Positions 24,237-37,319 of a stretch of DNA of 64,000 bases are shown piece after piece. Source of the stretch: Sphyrna mokarran (Eukaryota). The stretch lies in the NCBI GenBank assembly GCA_024679065.1, contig JAGIQG010000007.1, forward strand, positions 123,876,001-123,940,000, written 5' to 3'. The position numbers and the translations under genes are program-made. Numbering within the stretch: the stretch's first letter is position 1; each line of letters opens with the position of its first letter. The notes beneath the pieces were generated by a model. It saw only the letters and a program-made list of their open reading frames with translations, was not told the DNA's origin and did no database searches.

Positions 24237-24942
24237 GTTAAAATTCCATCCATTATCTCTGCAGTAGCTACAATGTGACTGGGTGCTTTGAGGGGGGGAA
24301 GGGTCTGGGTGGTTTCCTGGGTGTGGCAGGTGGAGTTTGGTTGTGGCCATCAGAAGGACTTGAAAGTCTCACTCTTCACCTGTCCTTTGGAAATCCAAAG
24401 TCGTGCATGCCTCGAATCACTGTCGGTTTTCTTCAGAGGACAATTCCTGGAGTATCTGTGGGTCAGAGACACCCAATACTCCTATCGCCTTGGGAATAGA
24501 GAGAGAGGATGCAACAAAGGGAGACTCTTTCTAGTGAATAACAAAGGCTAGCAACAGGCAGTGGCAGAGGGAGAGACTGGTCAGGGCAAACCATCTGTAG
24601 AAGCATTATAAAAGACAGGCAGAAAGCAGTGTAGAAGGTGGGCACCTGCTGGTGAGCTGTATAAGGGACTCCTGGTTCATGTTTGACTGGGAGACTCTAA
24701 TACAGCCCACGAGCAGATGTGGCATTGTCAGCTGACAGTGGGTTACAGCAAAGAAATGCTTCCCAGCTGTGAAATCAAATATGTTTCCCATGAATGTCAT
24801 CAGCCCCCTGAGATTTTTATTTAAAATCGTGTGGGAAATGGGAAAGAGCAAATGAGTAGAAGTGTTGTACTGTTCAGGTTATGAATCAAGAATGGAACAA
24901 CACCGTTAAAATTCCATCCATTATCTCTGCAGTAGCTGCAAT
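24237..24942. repeat. 38-bp direct repeat pair flanking a 630-bp segment
   Basis: gttaaaattccatccattatctctgcagtagct(a/g)caat at 24237-24274 and 24905-24942, one mismatch. Confidence 0.9.
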
Positions 24943-26559
24943 TCCCTCAATCTGTAGCCTGGCAACATATGATTGACATTTCCGACTCAGTCTCTGGTTT
25001 TGACCCCATCAAATATTGCTTTTCCCCAACTTAGAAAATGGCTAATTCTGTTATTTGCAGAATGAACAGCAGATTGAGTGAAATAGATTGCACCTTTCAT
25101 TGAGGATATTGAAGCTTTATCATGGATTTCTGGATTGGAAACCAGGTATTATTGTTTACAAACAGTAGTCATCTTGTCGATTATACTGGCTGGCAGATTG
25201 CTATGATTTGTTCTCTGAAGTCAGCTTGGTTCAAAAATAGTGCTGCAAAACCTGTTGGATTTCTGATACGTGCAATCTTTTACTACTTTAACACCTATTT
25301 TACATTTTGAAGATTGAAGCCATCACATCACTCATCTTTAACTATTTTCTCATCAATTTTAAGCTGTGTTAAATTGAAGACAGGGACCATGTTGACCATG
25401 CGATATCTTAAAATTATTGGGCAGATTATTTGTGCACTTTGCAAACTCTGTGGAGACTGCGGCTGGGATGCAAAACAAAACTGGTTCTCAGACCTCAACT
25501 AAATAATTAGAATGAGTTGTCTGTTATATCTAAAAGGGAAACTCATCCGTATAGAGAGATCCATCTTACACTGGGAAGGATAATGGAGTTGCAGGTGGGA
25601 TGAGCACAGACCAACTTTGTTGAGTTGTTATATTGATAAGGATATCAATTGCTCCTAAGGGATTGGGTAAATACATTGTGTGTTCATTTATTTAGATGAA
25701 GCACATGATAACAGATATACATTGGAGAAAAAGACTGCGCCTCAATTTTTGGTACAGTCCTACACTCCTGATCTTCTGTCACCTGGTGTGAAGTGGGGTG
25801 CAGGAAGGGGGGAGGACTTCCTTATAAACTTGTTCCTGGGCTTAACCAAGTTGGCTATGAAATAGTCCAGGCAATGAGTGGTTGAAGGGGTTGTCCAAGC
25901 TGTTTGTCTCTCTACCACAGTTACATTTGATCTTGGAGAGGGAGCACATGGTGTCCATTGGCTTGCTTCAGGGCTCCCGCGAAAACAAAAATCAAATTAA
26001 GACTGGGTTGCATGACACACTTCAGTTTTAATGATGTCAAGCTGCTAAGTATGAAAGGCACATTACAATAACCAGTGACTCCTGTAAGTGTTGCAGAGAC
26101 AGAAGAAATACTCCTGCTCGTCCTAACTGGTCTGCTCAGAAAGCCCAATTACATGAAGGTTTTACAGGCAGATGATGCATCAATAAATTATACAGATGTC
26201 TACTCCAGGTGGTTGCCAGAAATGCCTGAAAAATTGCCCATACTAATAACAAATTGGATATATTTCAACTGTTACTTTGGACATAGCCAGGTGAAATTTG
26301 TTTAATTTCTCCTGTCTTCCAAATGATCATTCTTCCGTGAAAACAGAAAAGGATTTTTAAAGGGGATGATCGAACTGATTCAAGAAATGATGCACACGGA
26401 GAATAAAGTCAATTTGATAATCGATAGTCCCCGCACCTTGTTATTAATCATAAACAATAAGGCAAATGATCCACTTGTAAAGCTGAAACATCTCTTTTGT
26501 TGAGATTTGCAAGGGCTGGAATGAAGGTGTTTTCAGATAATACCACAAATTGCTCTGTG

Positions 26560-27125
26560 GTTGATATTAATAAAAGTGTAAACTGCAGAAAGGTATCAAT
26601 AAGCTAGACAGGCAAGGATAAAAATGGCAAATGGAATTCCATCTGGAGGAGTGTAAGACGAGGCATGATGGTAAGGCCAACAAGGCACAGAATATATACT
26701 GAATGGATGTTGGGAAATGTAGAGGAACAGAGGAAACTTCAAGTGCACGTCCATTGATGTATGAAAGCAATAGAACAGGTAAAGAAAGTGTGTAACAAGT
26801 ATATAAAGTGCACTTTCCTTTAATTGTTAAGGCACAAAATGTAGGGTGAGGGTGATTATGCTGGGACAAAATTAGTTCGGCCACAGCTAGATGACAGTGT
26901 ACAGACTGGCCACCAGATTACTGAAAGATGTGATCACAGGAGAGAGAGAGAACAGAAGAGATTTACAGAAGTCCGAACATGGAGAATTTTAGCTCTGAGG
27001 AAATATTGGATAAGCTGTAGTTGTTTTCTCTGGAATAAAGGGGGATTTAATTGAGGAACATCAAATCATTACCAGAGAGATCAATGTCCAGGGATGTAGA
27101 AATATAGGGGCAGAGGGACAGGGTG
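26560..27125 (+). mobile_element. Old CR1 LINE 3' ORF2 remnant
   Basis: KWQMEF (aaatggcaaatggaattc), gttcggccacagctaga (VRPQL), cagaagagatttac (QKRFT), ggggatttaattgag (GDLIE). Confidence 0.7.
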
Positions 27126-27204
27126 AAGCAATTTATACCCTCAAGCCCGTGCCTGATTTGCAACTTAATTCCATATATGTGACTGATTTGCCTCATATTC
27201 CTTA

Positions 27205-27575
27205 ATAAAAGAAAAAAAAAGGCTTGCGTTCATGTCGTGTGTTTTTACAATCACTGGATGAATCAACATGATTTACAACCAATTAAGTGCCTTTGAAGTG
27301 TAAATACTGATGTAATGTGGAAAATATGGGCAATCAAAGTTGTGCGAGCAGACTCCCACGACATTGTGATAATAATCAAATGTTTTTGCGATGTTGATTG
27401 ATTGATAAATATTGGTCAGAACACTGTCATGATGTCCCTGATCATCTTTAACATTGTGCCTTTCACATCTATTCAAACAGGCAGGAGGGGTCTCAGTTTA
27501 ACACCTCATCCACAAGACAAACACCTCACTCAACGCTGCAGTGCGATAGTCAACCTCAATTTTAATGTCAATCTT
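27205..27575 (-). mobile_element. SacSINE1-like Deu-SINE
   Basis: Antisense gatgttgattgattgataaatattggtcagaacac and ctcagtttaacacctcatcc; tail region ggcttgcgttc. Confidence 0.7.
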
Positions 27576-27909
27576 TGATGAACACAAACACAAACTTCAG
27601 ACCGATCAATTGTTATCTGTTGAAGTGAATCATAGAAGTGTTTTTTGATTTACCTTTTGCAAGATCTGATTGTAGTTTCCAGACCCCTCAACCAACAGGA
27701 ATCGCTTCTCTTTATATACCCTATCCTTTATTGTATAATCCTTAAACCTTCCAAATTACAGGCAATATATCGCCAGTTTTTGTGTTGTTTTGACAGCTCC
27801 TGTATATTTCTTTTCAAACGCATTTTTGTCGCTCTTACTATTTGTTTTGTCACCCTTTGCTGTTGGTTATATCTTTCCCAAGTCTCTGGGATCCATGCTA
27901 AGTTTTACA

Positions 27910-28260
27910 CTTTGAGCCCTATTTTACCATTGCATCATGCCCGTTTCCAGGCACAAAAAGGCGGTAAATTCGGCTGTGAGGCCATTAACGCGATCTGTAC
28001 CTATGGAGATTGCCACTTTATCGAAAACCGGGAGTGGCGGCGATCCAATTTGCGCCCGAAATGGACACAGCGGCGATTTAAATGCATTTCGATTGAATTG
28101 ATGAACTACCTGCCCAAGGTCATCAGCGTTTCCCCCTTTATCACCGTGTTCGCCGATCTGGAATCATGCCAAAATGAACTTGCTGAATAAAAGTCTGAAT
28201 CAGGCGTTCCGGCTGCTGAAGAGGCAAGTTCAGAGCTTCCAATGGCTCCCTGACTCAGAT
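27910..28260. mobile_element. CpG-rich terminal fragment of a probable DNA transposon
   Basis: Starts gagccctattttacc with inverted ggtaaattcggct; abrupt CpG enrichment relative to flanks. Confidence 0.4.
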
Positions 28261-31200
28261 CTAAGAAAGATGTGGCATCCTTATTTGCTCCACTAACATT
28301 CAACCCCTGATCATTACTTATATTGAAATATATTTGTTAGTTGCACACTCATTTTCTAATTTTCTTATCATCTTCCTGAGTATTGACTATATGCCCAATT
28401 AGGTTTCATTCTCAAGTTTTAAAATTGTAATTTCCTGAGACTAATACCTCGATTTTTGTGAAGTCTTGGAGACTCTGTGTTTTATCCAAATTCACAACAG
28501 GGCCTCAGATCTAGAGCCATAACCAGCATGTCCAATAGATCCTATTCTCATCTGTAAGAAGGGATGTAACTCAAACATATTGGAAACTCCAACTCAGCAG
28601 GGTCATTTTCAAACTGACCCTGTTTTCACTGGAGCAAGAGTCTTTTCCCACAGAATATATAATGATCTTTGAAAGTAGAAATAATTGCTTGTAAAAAAGC
28701 AGATACTCTCTGTGGAACTATCAGGCTGTCAGTTATTTAAAGGTCAGTCTTTAAATTTTGAAACAAAACAGCCTGTTTATGTCTTTGTTTTTAGAAAATG
28801 GCGCTTACAGTTTTAATAGATTACGTTGACAGAACCCTAAATGCTATCATTGTAGATTTGCTACTGTTTGACTGGTTCCACAAGCCATCATTGTCACAGT
28901 ACTTTGAAGGTGGAGATGGCAGGATAAATTTGACTGATAGTTCAAAGGGATTATTAAAGGATTAGCTGTCTTTTGAAATAGGATAACGTACTCAAACGTA
29001 TTTATTAAATAAACTATGAATAACTTAAGTTGAATTTTCTGTGTTTTTATCAATGAGGTGTTTTTTTTATATAAAGTTATAGTGAAGATTGTACTAGTTA
29101 TTTAGAACTTTATCCTATTTCAGCATGACTCCTGATGTGTGCCCAAGGATGACACTGGGTGAATTGGCGGATGTAAGGGCAAAGCGTTGTAAGTGGGGGT
29201 CATTTGTGGAATGAATAGGTACTATGTTTAGATAGGAGCTCCTAGGACTAAGGGCATGGGTGAGGGGTACAGTTTGGCATGAAGAGTTGAGGAGCTACTG
29301 GGGACAAATGCATGGACAGAGGTTGTAACTGAATGATTATGGTGAGTGGCTGGATGCTGGAAGTTTATCAATATTGAGGACTAAAGGACTATACTCAAAA
29401 GCAGAATTGGGGATGAAATCCCAGAGCGCTAAGGTAGATCCTTCAACGACATTGCCTCAGAATTCAGCAGCACCTGAACCAAGTCTTATCTGTATCAATT
29501 GATAGTGCGCCTGACTCCAATATGCAACATCCAGCATGCAAGAACAAAGATTCTATTCTTTCACTGCAATGACCAACCAAGTTTCCTAACCCTGCTATGG
29601 AAGTCAAAATCCAGGCCCAAATTATGTTTGTAAATGAGACACAATAATGGTCCCTCCACTGATTCCTGTGGAACATCATTTTCCACATTCCACTCTTAAA
29701 GTCACTGACTATCTTCAACATTGATTCTCCTCCTTTCAGTTTTTCAGCCAGTTCATTGTCCTTTCTATTTGTCTCCTGATTCAATAAACTCTAATTTTAA
29801 TCGTGCATCTCCAAAGGGGTATCCTATCTCTGATTTTCTGGAAGTCCGTATATACTACATCCATTACATTGCCCATATCTGCTTTCTTGATTACTTCCTC
29901 CTTTCATTACAAACATATAAAGCAATGCTTTAGTACAGCTCAATCAAAAAGTTACCATTTCTTGGAGCGCTAATTTACAGTTGTAGTTATACCATGATTT
30001 GTTTTGTTGTGCAACATGGGGGTGAATGTTGCGCTTTGGAATCAGTATTGTTGCTGCCTTGCACAAGAGTTGAGAGAATAACTCTGGTTTCTTGGATTTC
30101 AGTTGCACAGAAGAACATCTGTTGAATGTGCTATGTCATAGACAAAAACAACATACTTCAGGGCTACTCAAGATAAATACCAAACAAAAAGGTTGGCTGT
30201 TTCTTCTTATAAAACATAGGAACGTCGTGGGGTCTGGAACTAGCTTCAGAATCTCAAAGGAATTGAAGATATCAGAGTAGCTATAAAACTGAGAGAAATG
30301 TGACTGTTGTGAACACAGACACAAACAGCCCCCTTTTCCCCATGTGCTTTATATTACACCTCAATGCCTCGGATAGTGTGGAACCTCTCTGAAAAGCAGA
30401 GGAGAGGAACTATTTCAAATATATAATCGAATAAATGAGTGATAGAAAGGCTAACTTGTTCATGATCATTGATACAAAAAATAATGGAGCATTGCAATCC
30501 CTGAGTTATCATAGTCAATATTCTCAGTATACTGATAGTCGTTTGTACAATTGCAGTAAACCTTGACTTTGTATACAGAGTACAATGGATGACAGTGAGT
30601 TGGCAGCCTGGTTCTCATCTTTTCTGATTCTTAGGTCTCAGACAGGCCTCAGGACTTTGACCTGTTGTGTTTCAGTACAATGGATGTGCGTTATTGACTC
30701 CATTAAGAAGCTCTCAGTGTAATAATGGATTGTGTGTTAACACGAAGCTAACTTTTGAATACCTAGAAGCAATGGGTCTGATGTTGGAATGAAAATGTTA
30801 TTGACAGTATTATGTTTTTGTATATCAGTTTACTCAATGATAATTGTATATAATCAGAGAGTGAGCATCTTAATATTCACTGCACCTTATTTACCCTTAT
30901 TCTTTTTGCATATGCTTCCCTCCTCCCAGCAGGCATGCATGAATCGAGACCAGAAGATGTGAATAGTTCTGACTTCAGGAAACCCCATAAGACTAGCCCA
31001 CCTATTGGTACTAAATTCTGCTGCTCCAATAGAAATTACTGGAAAAGTCACCCTCAATTCATTTGCATTTACCAATCACTGAGCTGTGAATTGTACAATT
31101 CATACCATTACTCGTTTTGCTTCTCATTATTCATCTGCAAGCCTAGTACTGTCAAAGGGCTAGAATATGGAGATATTTTCAACTAAAGCAAAATGCACAT

Positions 31201-31729
31201 TCAGGCAATGTCCACACAGTTGCCTTTCTAATTGGAGTTGCTGAGTGGCTATTAAAAACAGCACCTCAAGTTGATCTTTCCCTGACTAATGCAGAGGCCA
31301 ATTATAGCGATCCTCATCGCTGCCCCAAATTGAGACCAGCTAAATTCATCCGTACTGGAGATTGCGAAGACTGAAGGATCCATCAGCATGACTCTGTAAG
31401 TCAGTGAATGAAGTTGAGTCGCGGAGAGATCTTTACTAAGCATTGTTAAAAATGGCATGCCCAATGTCATGTGACAGATTTAGATGAGATGTAAACTGGC
31501 TTTAAATATTTTGTTTAAATGTGTTGTTTAAATGTCTATGAATAGTCAAACCAAACCTATAAAAATGTCAAAAAAAAGGAATGATTACAATGATAGAGAT
31601 CAGAACAGAAATGAGGTTTCCACACCAATATTAAAGATTAAAGCATTATTACCTAATTTGATTTCTGGGCAAAAGTTACAATCAAGTGGGTGAGATGGTT
31701 ATTTGTACTTTTTTGTCAATTTTCTGCTA

Positions 31730-31980
31730 GTTGAGTGTGGACCCTTTAAGAGGTAAACCTTCGTGGGCCACATGATCAAAACTGAACCAGTGGAGCGTGA
31801 GCACCCAAAGCTGGGCATATCATAGTGAGGGTACACATTTCCGGGCCTGGAAGACTTCAGTTGGAGTTAGAGCAGGATAGGGAGAAGACCTGTATAGTTG
31901 TGCTGTTATACCCTTCCATGTATATAGTTCTTCTCGAACAATAATTCTTCTAATCAATAAGACCTTTATTTATTTGATTA
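31730..31980 (+). mobile_element. Possible LTR-like remnant
   Basis: ccctttaag...cacatgatc...tgtatatagtt...aataa layout typical of small fish/shark LTRs; termini not resolved. Confidence 0.3.
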
Positions 31981-32706
31981 TATATTTGAAATAGTTCCTC
32001 TCCTCTGCTATTAGGAGAGAATTCACACTATCCTCGGCATTTAGGTGGAATATAAATAGTTTCTTTCTTGCCACATCAAGTTGCCTCGAGTTATTACTCA
32101 AAGGTATTTTTCCATCAGCTGTGTAGGCTTCGGACGGACAGTTTACTGTCCTTCTGACAACTGACTGGTCTTTGCCGATACCTCTGAGCTGAGCTCAAAT
32201 GATTTTTTTTAAGCAATTTGAATGAAACCTCATTTCAGGCATTGGACTGGTATTTATGAGGTGTTTATTTTTAACTTGCAAATAAAGAATTTAAGATGCT
32301 CTGCTCGATTAAACGTTACTTATATACCCAGGAGAATTTTTGCAAGATTGTTTTCCATGGTGGTCAGTTTGTCCAGTTTCCTAATCATTGTTCTGATTTA
32401 ATCACTAACTTTGGTTTATTGCTCATTCATTGTGCATCTTTTAACATACAACTGCTTTAACTCACTCAGAGCGGTAATGGACAATCACTCGTCAATGTTT
32501 GAAATTCAGCAAAATAAATCACAGACTCAGCAAAATACATTGCACATTCATGGTGTCTACCAATACTAAAAATTGTGTCAACTTTTTTTCTGTTATTATT
32601 TTTAATATTTTTGGCTTACGTTAAAGACAGTGTTACACGTTGTACAGATGCAAATGGCATTTGCAGAATATAAATACGTAGGACTAAAAACTGCAAGAGT
32701 ACTTAC

Positions 32707-32970
32707 TTTATGCTCAATTTTATTCTCATCACACAGCAGTTCAGATTTGTCACGAATTGGCTCTATTCGAACAGTCCAAGAATGTACTTTCCTGAAGTCA
32801 GCAAGGTTTCTTGTAATGCCCTTTTGAAGGACAAAATATTGAGTTTTCAAGATTTCTGATGGATAGCGCCACACACCATTTGTCTCAAACTTTGCAAAAA
32901 AAGGCTGAAAGATCACTTTACATGCAGCGAGGTCACAAATGGAAAGGGCACCGAGTGCTCTTCTCCTCAG
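32707..32970 (-). other. Candidate exon of an unidentified gene (open phase-0 frame, 88 codons)
   Basis: Minus acceptor tttagtcatttcttcag|, donor aaa|gtaagt; 264 nt open: LRRRALGALSICDLAACKVIFQPFFAKFETNGVWRYPSEILK...ENKIEHK; no recognised homology. Confidence 0.25.
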
Positions 32971-33939
32971 CTGAAGAAATGACTAAACATCAGCAGCCCA
33001 GTACTTACAGCAATTCCCGGCAGTGCAAACTTCATGCTGACTTTAAAAGCACTTTTCACATTTTCTTTTTTTTTGCATTTCACATGAAACTGGGGGTGGG
33101 GAGGGATCACATTAAAGATTTGGGTTCACTGTTATCTGGCAGATTGGAATTAAACTGGTGAACGAAGGAGTTATCTACCCATCCACCATCCTCCGACACC
33201 AAAAGCCCACCACCACCATCTTGTCAGTTACAGCAATCAACACCATAACTTATAGTAATAATCTAATGAATTTATTAATGTCTTTTTCATTTCTTTTTTT
33301 TTTCACCCTCAGTTCTTGTGGTTCCCAAATTGTTTCATTAGACATGTTGATGTGAAGCAATGGGTCATGATCAGTTCACTGATCTTCTGAAAGCATGTAC
33401 CCTTTTAATATATTGTAAATTACTTCTTAATGTCTAAAATTATTTGCAATATATAAAAGAGTACATTGGAACTTGATAGTATGAGGTTATCCTTTTGAAT
33501 TCAAAGAGGGGTTAAGGTTAATTGAATCAGTAAAATACGTTAAATTTCTTCTTCACCGAAATGATGTTTAAATTTCATATTTCATTAATGTAATGCAGCA
33601 AATGATTTAAGATTGATATTAAATAGAAATTATTGTTGGAATGTGTCATCTTTGATGCATTGTTCTGAATTTGTTCTCTCACCATATTGTTCAATTGAGA
33701 AAATATAACACTGCTTTAAAAATTGTAAGGCTGCAAATGATCCATTTTCATAATTTACTGAGACAGTTGCTTGGTAGTATAGAATTTGAATATTGCCGAA
33801 AAGACGGATGTGCTGAAGTTTTGCAATTTTGTCTTTATCAGGACAAATGCAAGAATACCAAACTTTAAATGGAGAAAAATGATACCACAGCAGACCAGCG
33901 ATACGGATTAATTGGCAAGTTTTTGACTGCCATAGCCAA

Positions 33940-34885
33940 TCAGCAAGATTCCCCAAGCCTCCAGGTCATTAAGAAAATCCTCATCGTCCAAGGAAATCTG
34001 GCATTCACCTATGTCCTCCAGGTCTAAGTTGTCTCACCTACGCAGCACCAGGATTTTGTAGAGCGCAGCAGACCAGACATGCGGAGACCCTTCGGGACCT
34101 GCATTGCATGGAACCATCTCTACTGATTTAGGCACCAGAACTGCATATTGAACCATCCGATTGTCTACTCCACCAACACATTTTTTGAAGTTTAAGCGTC
34201 ACTGTATCAAATCTCTACTGGTGTTTGTGGCCTCCGCACTGACATCATTAGCCACCTCCTGAGTTGGTACCGTCTCTGAGAAGCCATCAAACTCAGCTGG
34301 GATTTGCAAGTGGCCTGTAGGAGGAAACGGGAAACGGGTACGAACCTACGTGATTTACATTGTCGTCGCAGATGAGTTGGACATTGAGGGAATAGAATCC
34401 CTTGCAGTTTCCGAATAGCATCATATCCCACCATGGTGACTTAAGAGACACATGGTTGCAGTCTATCAGACTTTGCAGCTGAGGTATGCTTGCTAGGTGG
34501 GTGAAACCCATGGCCTAAGTGTCCTGGTTCACCTTGTCCTGATCAAATTTAATAAAGATTTTAGTTCTGGCATTCAGGGCATCTATCACCTCTCTAATAC
34601 ATTTGTGAGTGACAGAATGGAAGATATCACAGACATCCCCTTTGCTGTCCGAGAATGAACCGAGGTGTCCTGCAGTTCCACGTGGTGTCAACTCACGCAG
34701 TATGGGGCAGAAGTGGTCCAGTGTTGCTCGGGAGAGGTACAGTCTGCTCCAGCACTGCAGCTCAGATAACTGAAGATTGGAACATCGACGCTGTAAGATT
34801 CTTTCTTCAGCGTTGTTCCTCCATGTGTGGTCCTGCTCCCTGAGCAGCTGTAGGCCACAAGTCCTGGTCCTGCACAGCTGTGCAT
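33940..34885 (-). pseudogene. PIF/Harbinger DDE transposase (HARBI1-like family) fossil, multiply frameshifted
   Basis: LQLSELQCWSRLYLSR; GSF...GDVCDI...HKCIREVIDAL; LIDCNHVSLKSP...NCKGFYSLNVQLICD; YQLRRWLMMSVRRPQT; VE.TIG; CCAL - all collinear with Harbinger transposases. Confidence 0.88.
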
Positions 34886-34889
34886 TATC

Positions 34890-35241
34890 TTTTTCCTTCA
34901 TGCGTGGAACTTGGGCTTTACTGGCAGACCAGAATTTATTGCCTATCTCTATTTGACCTTGTTCAGAGGAGAGTTGAGAGTCAACCACTTTGATGTGGCT
35001 CTGGAGTCACATGAAGGCCAAACCAGGTAAGGACAGCAGATTTCTTTCCCTAAAGGACGTTAGTGAACCGGATGGGTTTTTCTGACAGTTTCCAAGCCAT
35101 CAATGGATTCTTAATCCCAGATATTTTTTATTGAATTCAAATTCCACCACCTGCCGTGGTGGGATTTGAACCCAGGTCCCTTGTACATTAGCTGAGTTTC
35201 TGGGTTCATAGTCTAGCGATAATGCCTCTGGGCTATTGCCT
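34890..35241 (-). mobile_element. Family B tRNA-SINE
   Basis: gaatttattgcctatc...ctggagtcacatgaaggccaaaccaggtaaggacagcagattt...ttgaattcaaattccaccacctgccgtggtgggatttgaaccc. Confidence 0.82.
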
Positions 35242-37319
35242 TGGTTGTTGGTCGATCCCGATTAATGGAAATGTTAATTCAGTGGGCTCCATGATTCTAA
35301 TGAGTCATGCACAAAAGAATGAGAATACTATAGTAAGTGCTGAGGTATCTTAACAGAGCCCTCACTGTCATCACTCCACGCAGCTGTGACTTCTACCCAA
35401 GTGTTTCTCATTATCTGTGGTGAATTTCTTCTGTCCCTTACATTACTCCCTCTGATACCACAGCCTCACATAGCTCCCTCTGTACTCCAGCAGAATGGAT
35501 AGTGTCGAGCCTCTATTGTCTCAAGGCATCTAAACTGCCCATTTCCCCCTGCACCCTTCCCTTGAGTCCTGGTTCTGTGTAACATTGAAGTGCATCTCAG
35601 GCAACACATGAGGACAAAGTTTGCATTCTGACATGCCACATCAAAAATGGTGCAAACATGATATTGAACAGGGGTGGTGGTGTCAGCTATCACCATCCTG
35701 CCGGAGCAACTAACTGACAATTCCTTAGTAAGAATTGTGCCCCACTACACTACTTGACCAGTGGAATGGGAAATATGAGCGAGGGGCAAAAAGCCAGGTT
35801 TGACTTTTTTGTCTCCTCAAATCAGAGATCACATGAATAGAGGTCACATAATGATGACAAATCACAAGAAACAACAGACAAAAGTGCACAAGGCAAGTTG
35901 CCAAACAAGACCCAGCAGTGAATTTGTACATTCACCAGTAAGGACGGTGTTTGACAGGGATAAGCTCCACAACCCCTTGAACATCCACTCCGCTGGGCAC
36001 ATCATTTTTTATTCTACTCCATTAGCCAAACTGATGGCCCTATATAAATGATAATAAATATTGGCAAGTTATTACAGACAGAATTTTCCTGCTATGGGAA
36101 TTGTAGAGGGTGGGGTGGGGAGGAGGGGTGAGCAGACATTATGAAGGTCTGTTGACCTTGGGTGGGATTTTCTGGTTTTGGGGTGAGCACAGCTAGATAA
36201 TGCCACACCCCCCTGCCTCTGTACAAGTCCATTACACTTTAAGAAATCAATGTTATTGATGTCTTTTTAGGTGCATTTTTATGCACCTTTGTTTTTTAAT
36301 TGATATTTCAAAGCCAAAATATGCATCCAAGAATACGAATCAAAAATATGACAAATAGCTGAATGATTAATACATAAACAAATTGACAGGGCATCCAATT
36401 TTTTGAATGAAGTGAACAGAAAGCTGGTAGATATGAGAAGATGTCCAGCTTGTGTGTGTGCTGTGATCTGAGTATAGATTATTAATTAGGGACGCTGCAG
36501 TATAGAAAACATCAATATTCCAATACTTTGTCATTTTTTTTAATCATTATCATTTACAGTACTGAAATGGTGCATTCAGATTTAATGTATTTTCCTTAAA
36601 TGGATAAAATTCGCTGGAGGCTCGCGGTACTTTACTTGTCCATTCAATTATATATCACAATTTTAATAGGGAATGTTTTAGAAAGCCTGAGTAGAGATGA
36701 CCTGTTCATGCACTACAAATCATTTTAATGATAAAATCCAAGCGCATGTAAAACAACACAAGTTCCAAGTTGATTGTGGTTGTGTGACATCAACTGAAGT
36801 TCCTTACAAAATAAAGTGCAAGTTGCATCAGTCCTACAGTGATTTATAGAGGTGACCTATACGTAAAGGTTCTCTATGAATGCTCCATATTTTATCATCC
36901 AAAAAGAATAATGATTGATATTATTGCCCAAACATATTTCGACATTGTTTCAGAAGCTTTGATATTTCTTTGAGTTTATATTTTAACAAGCTTTGTTTCC
37001 TGGAATATTTAGAGGAAAGTTTTTGAGATCCAATATGATTAATTATTTTTTTTAACTTCTTATTCTGTACAGTTGGCTTTCAAAGGATCTCATGTTTTAA
37101 CCCAGATCTTAGACTGTGATGGAAAGAAGGATTGAGGGTGGAGGAAGCAGTCATATTTGTTCGAATAATCTCGGGTCCAACATGTCAATGGTGCTTGTTC
37201 TCATTACAATTGATAAGGTGTGTATTCCTTCACGTTTTTATGATATTCATCTTATTCCTTGGTGCTGTACATGTTTGGGGAGCTGAGAAATAAACTTGCT
37301 TTAATTTAAAGCAGTCTTT

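Noticed and set aside
27645-28190. Longest ORF in the track (181 aa)
   Set aside because: Non-ATG start, no recognisable domain, and it runs from T-rich sequence into a CpG-rich repeat fragment; chance ORF.
27910-28260. CpG-island-like promoter
   Set aside because: Short, sharply bounded and begins with a MITE-like terminal motif; more likely a transposon end.
33940-34885. Domesticated HARBI1 gene
   Set aside because: Multiple frameshifts and stops; truncated by a SINE at the 5' side.
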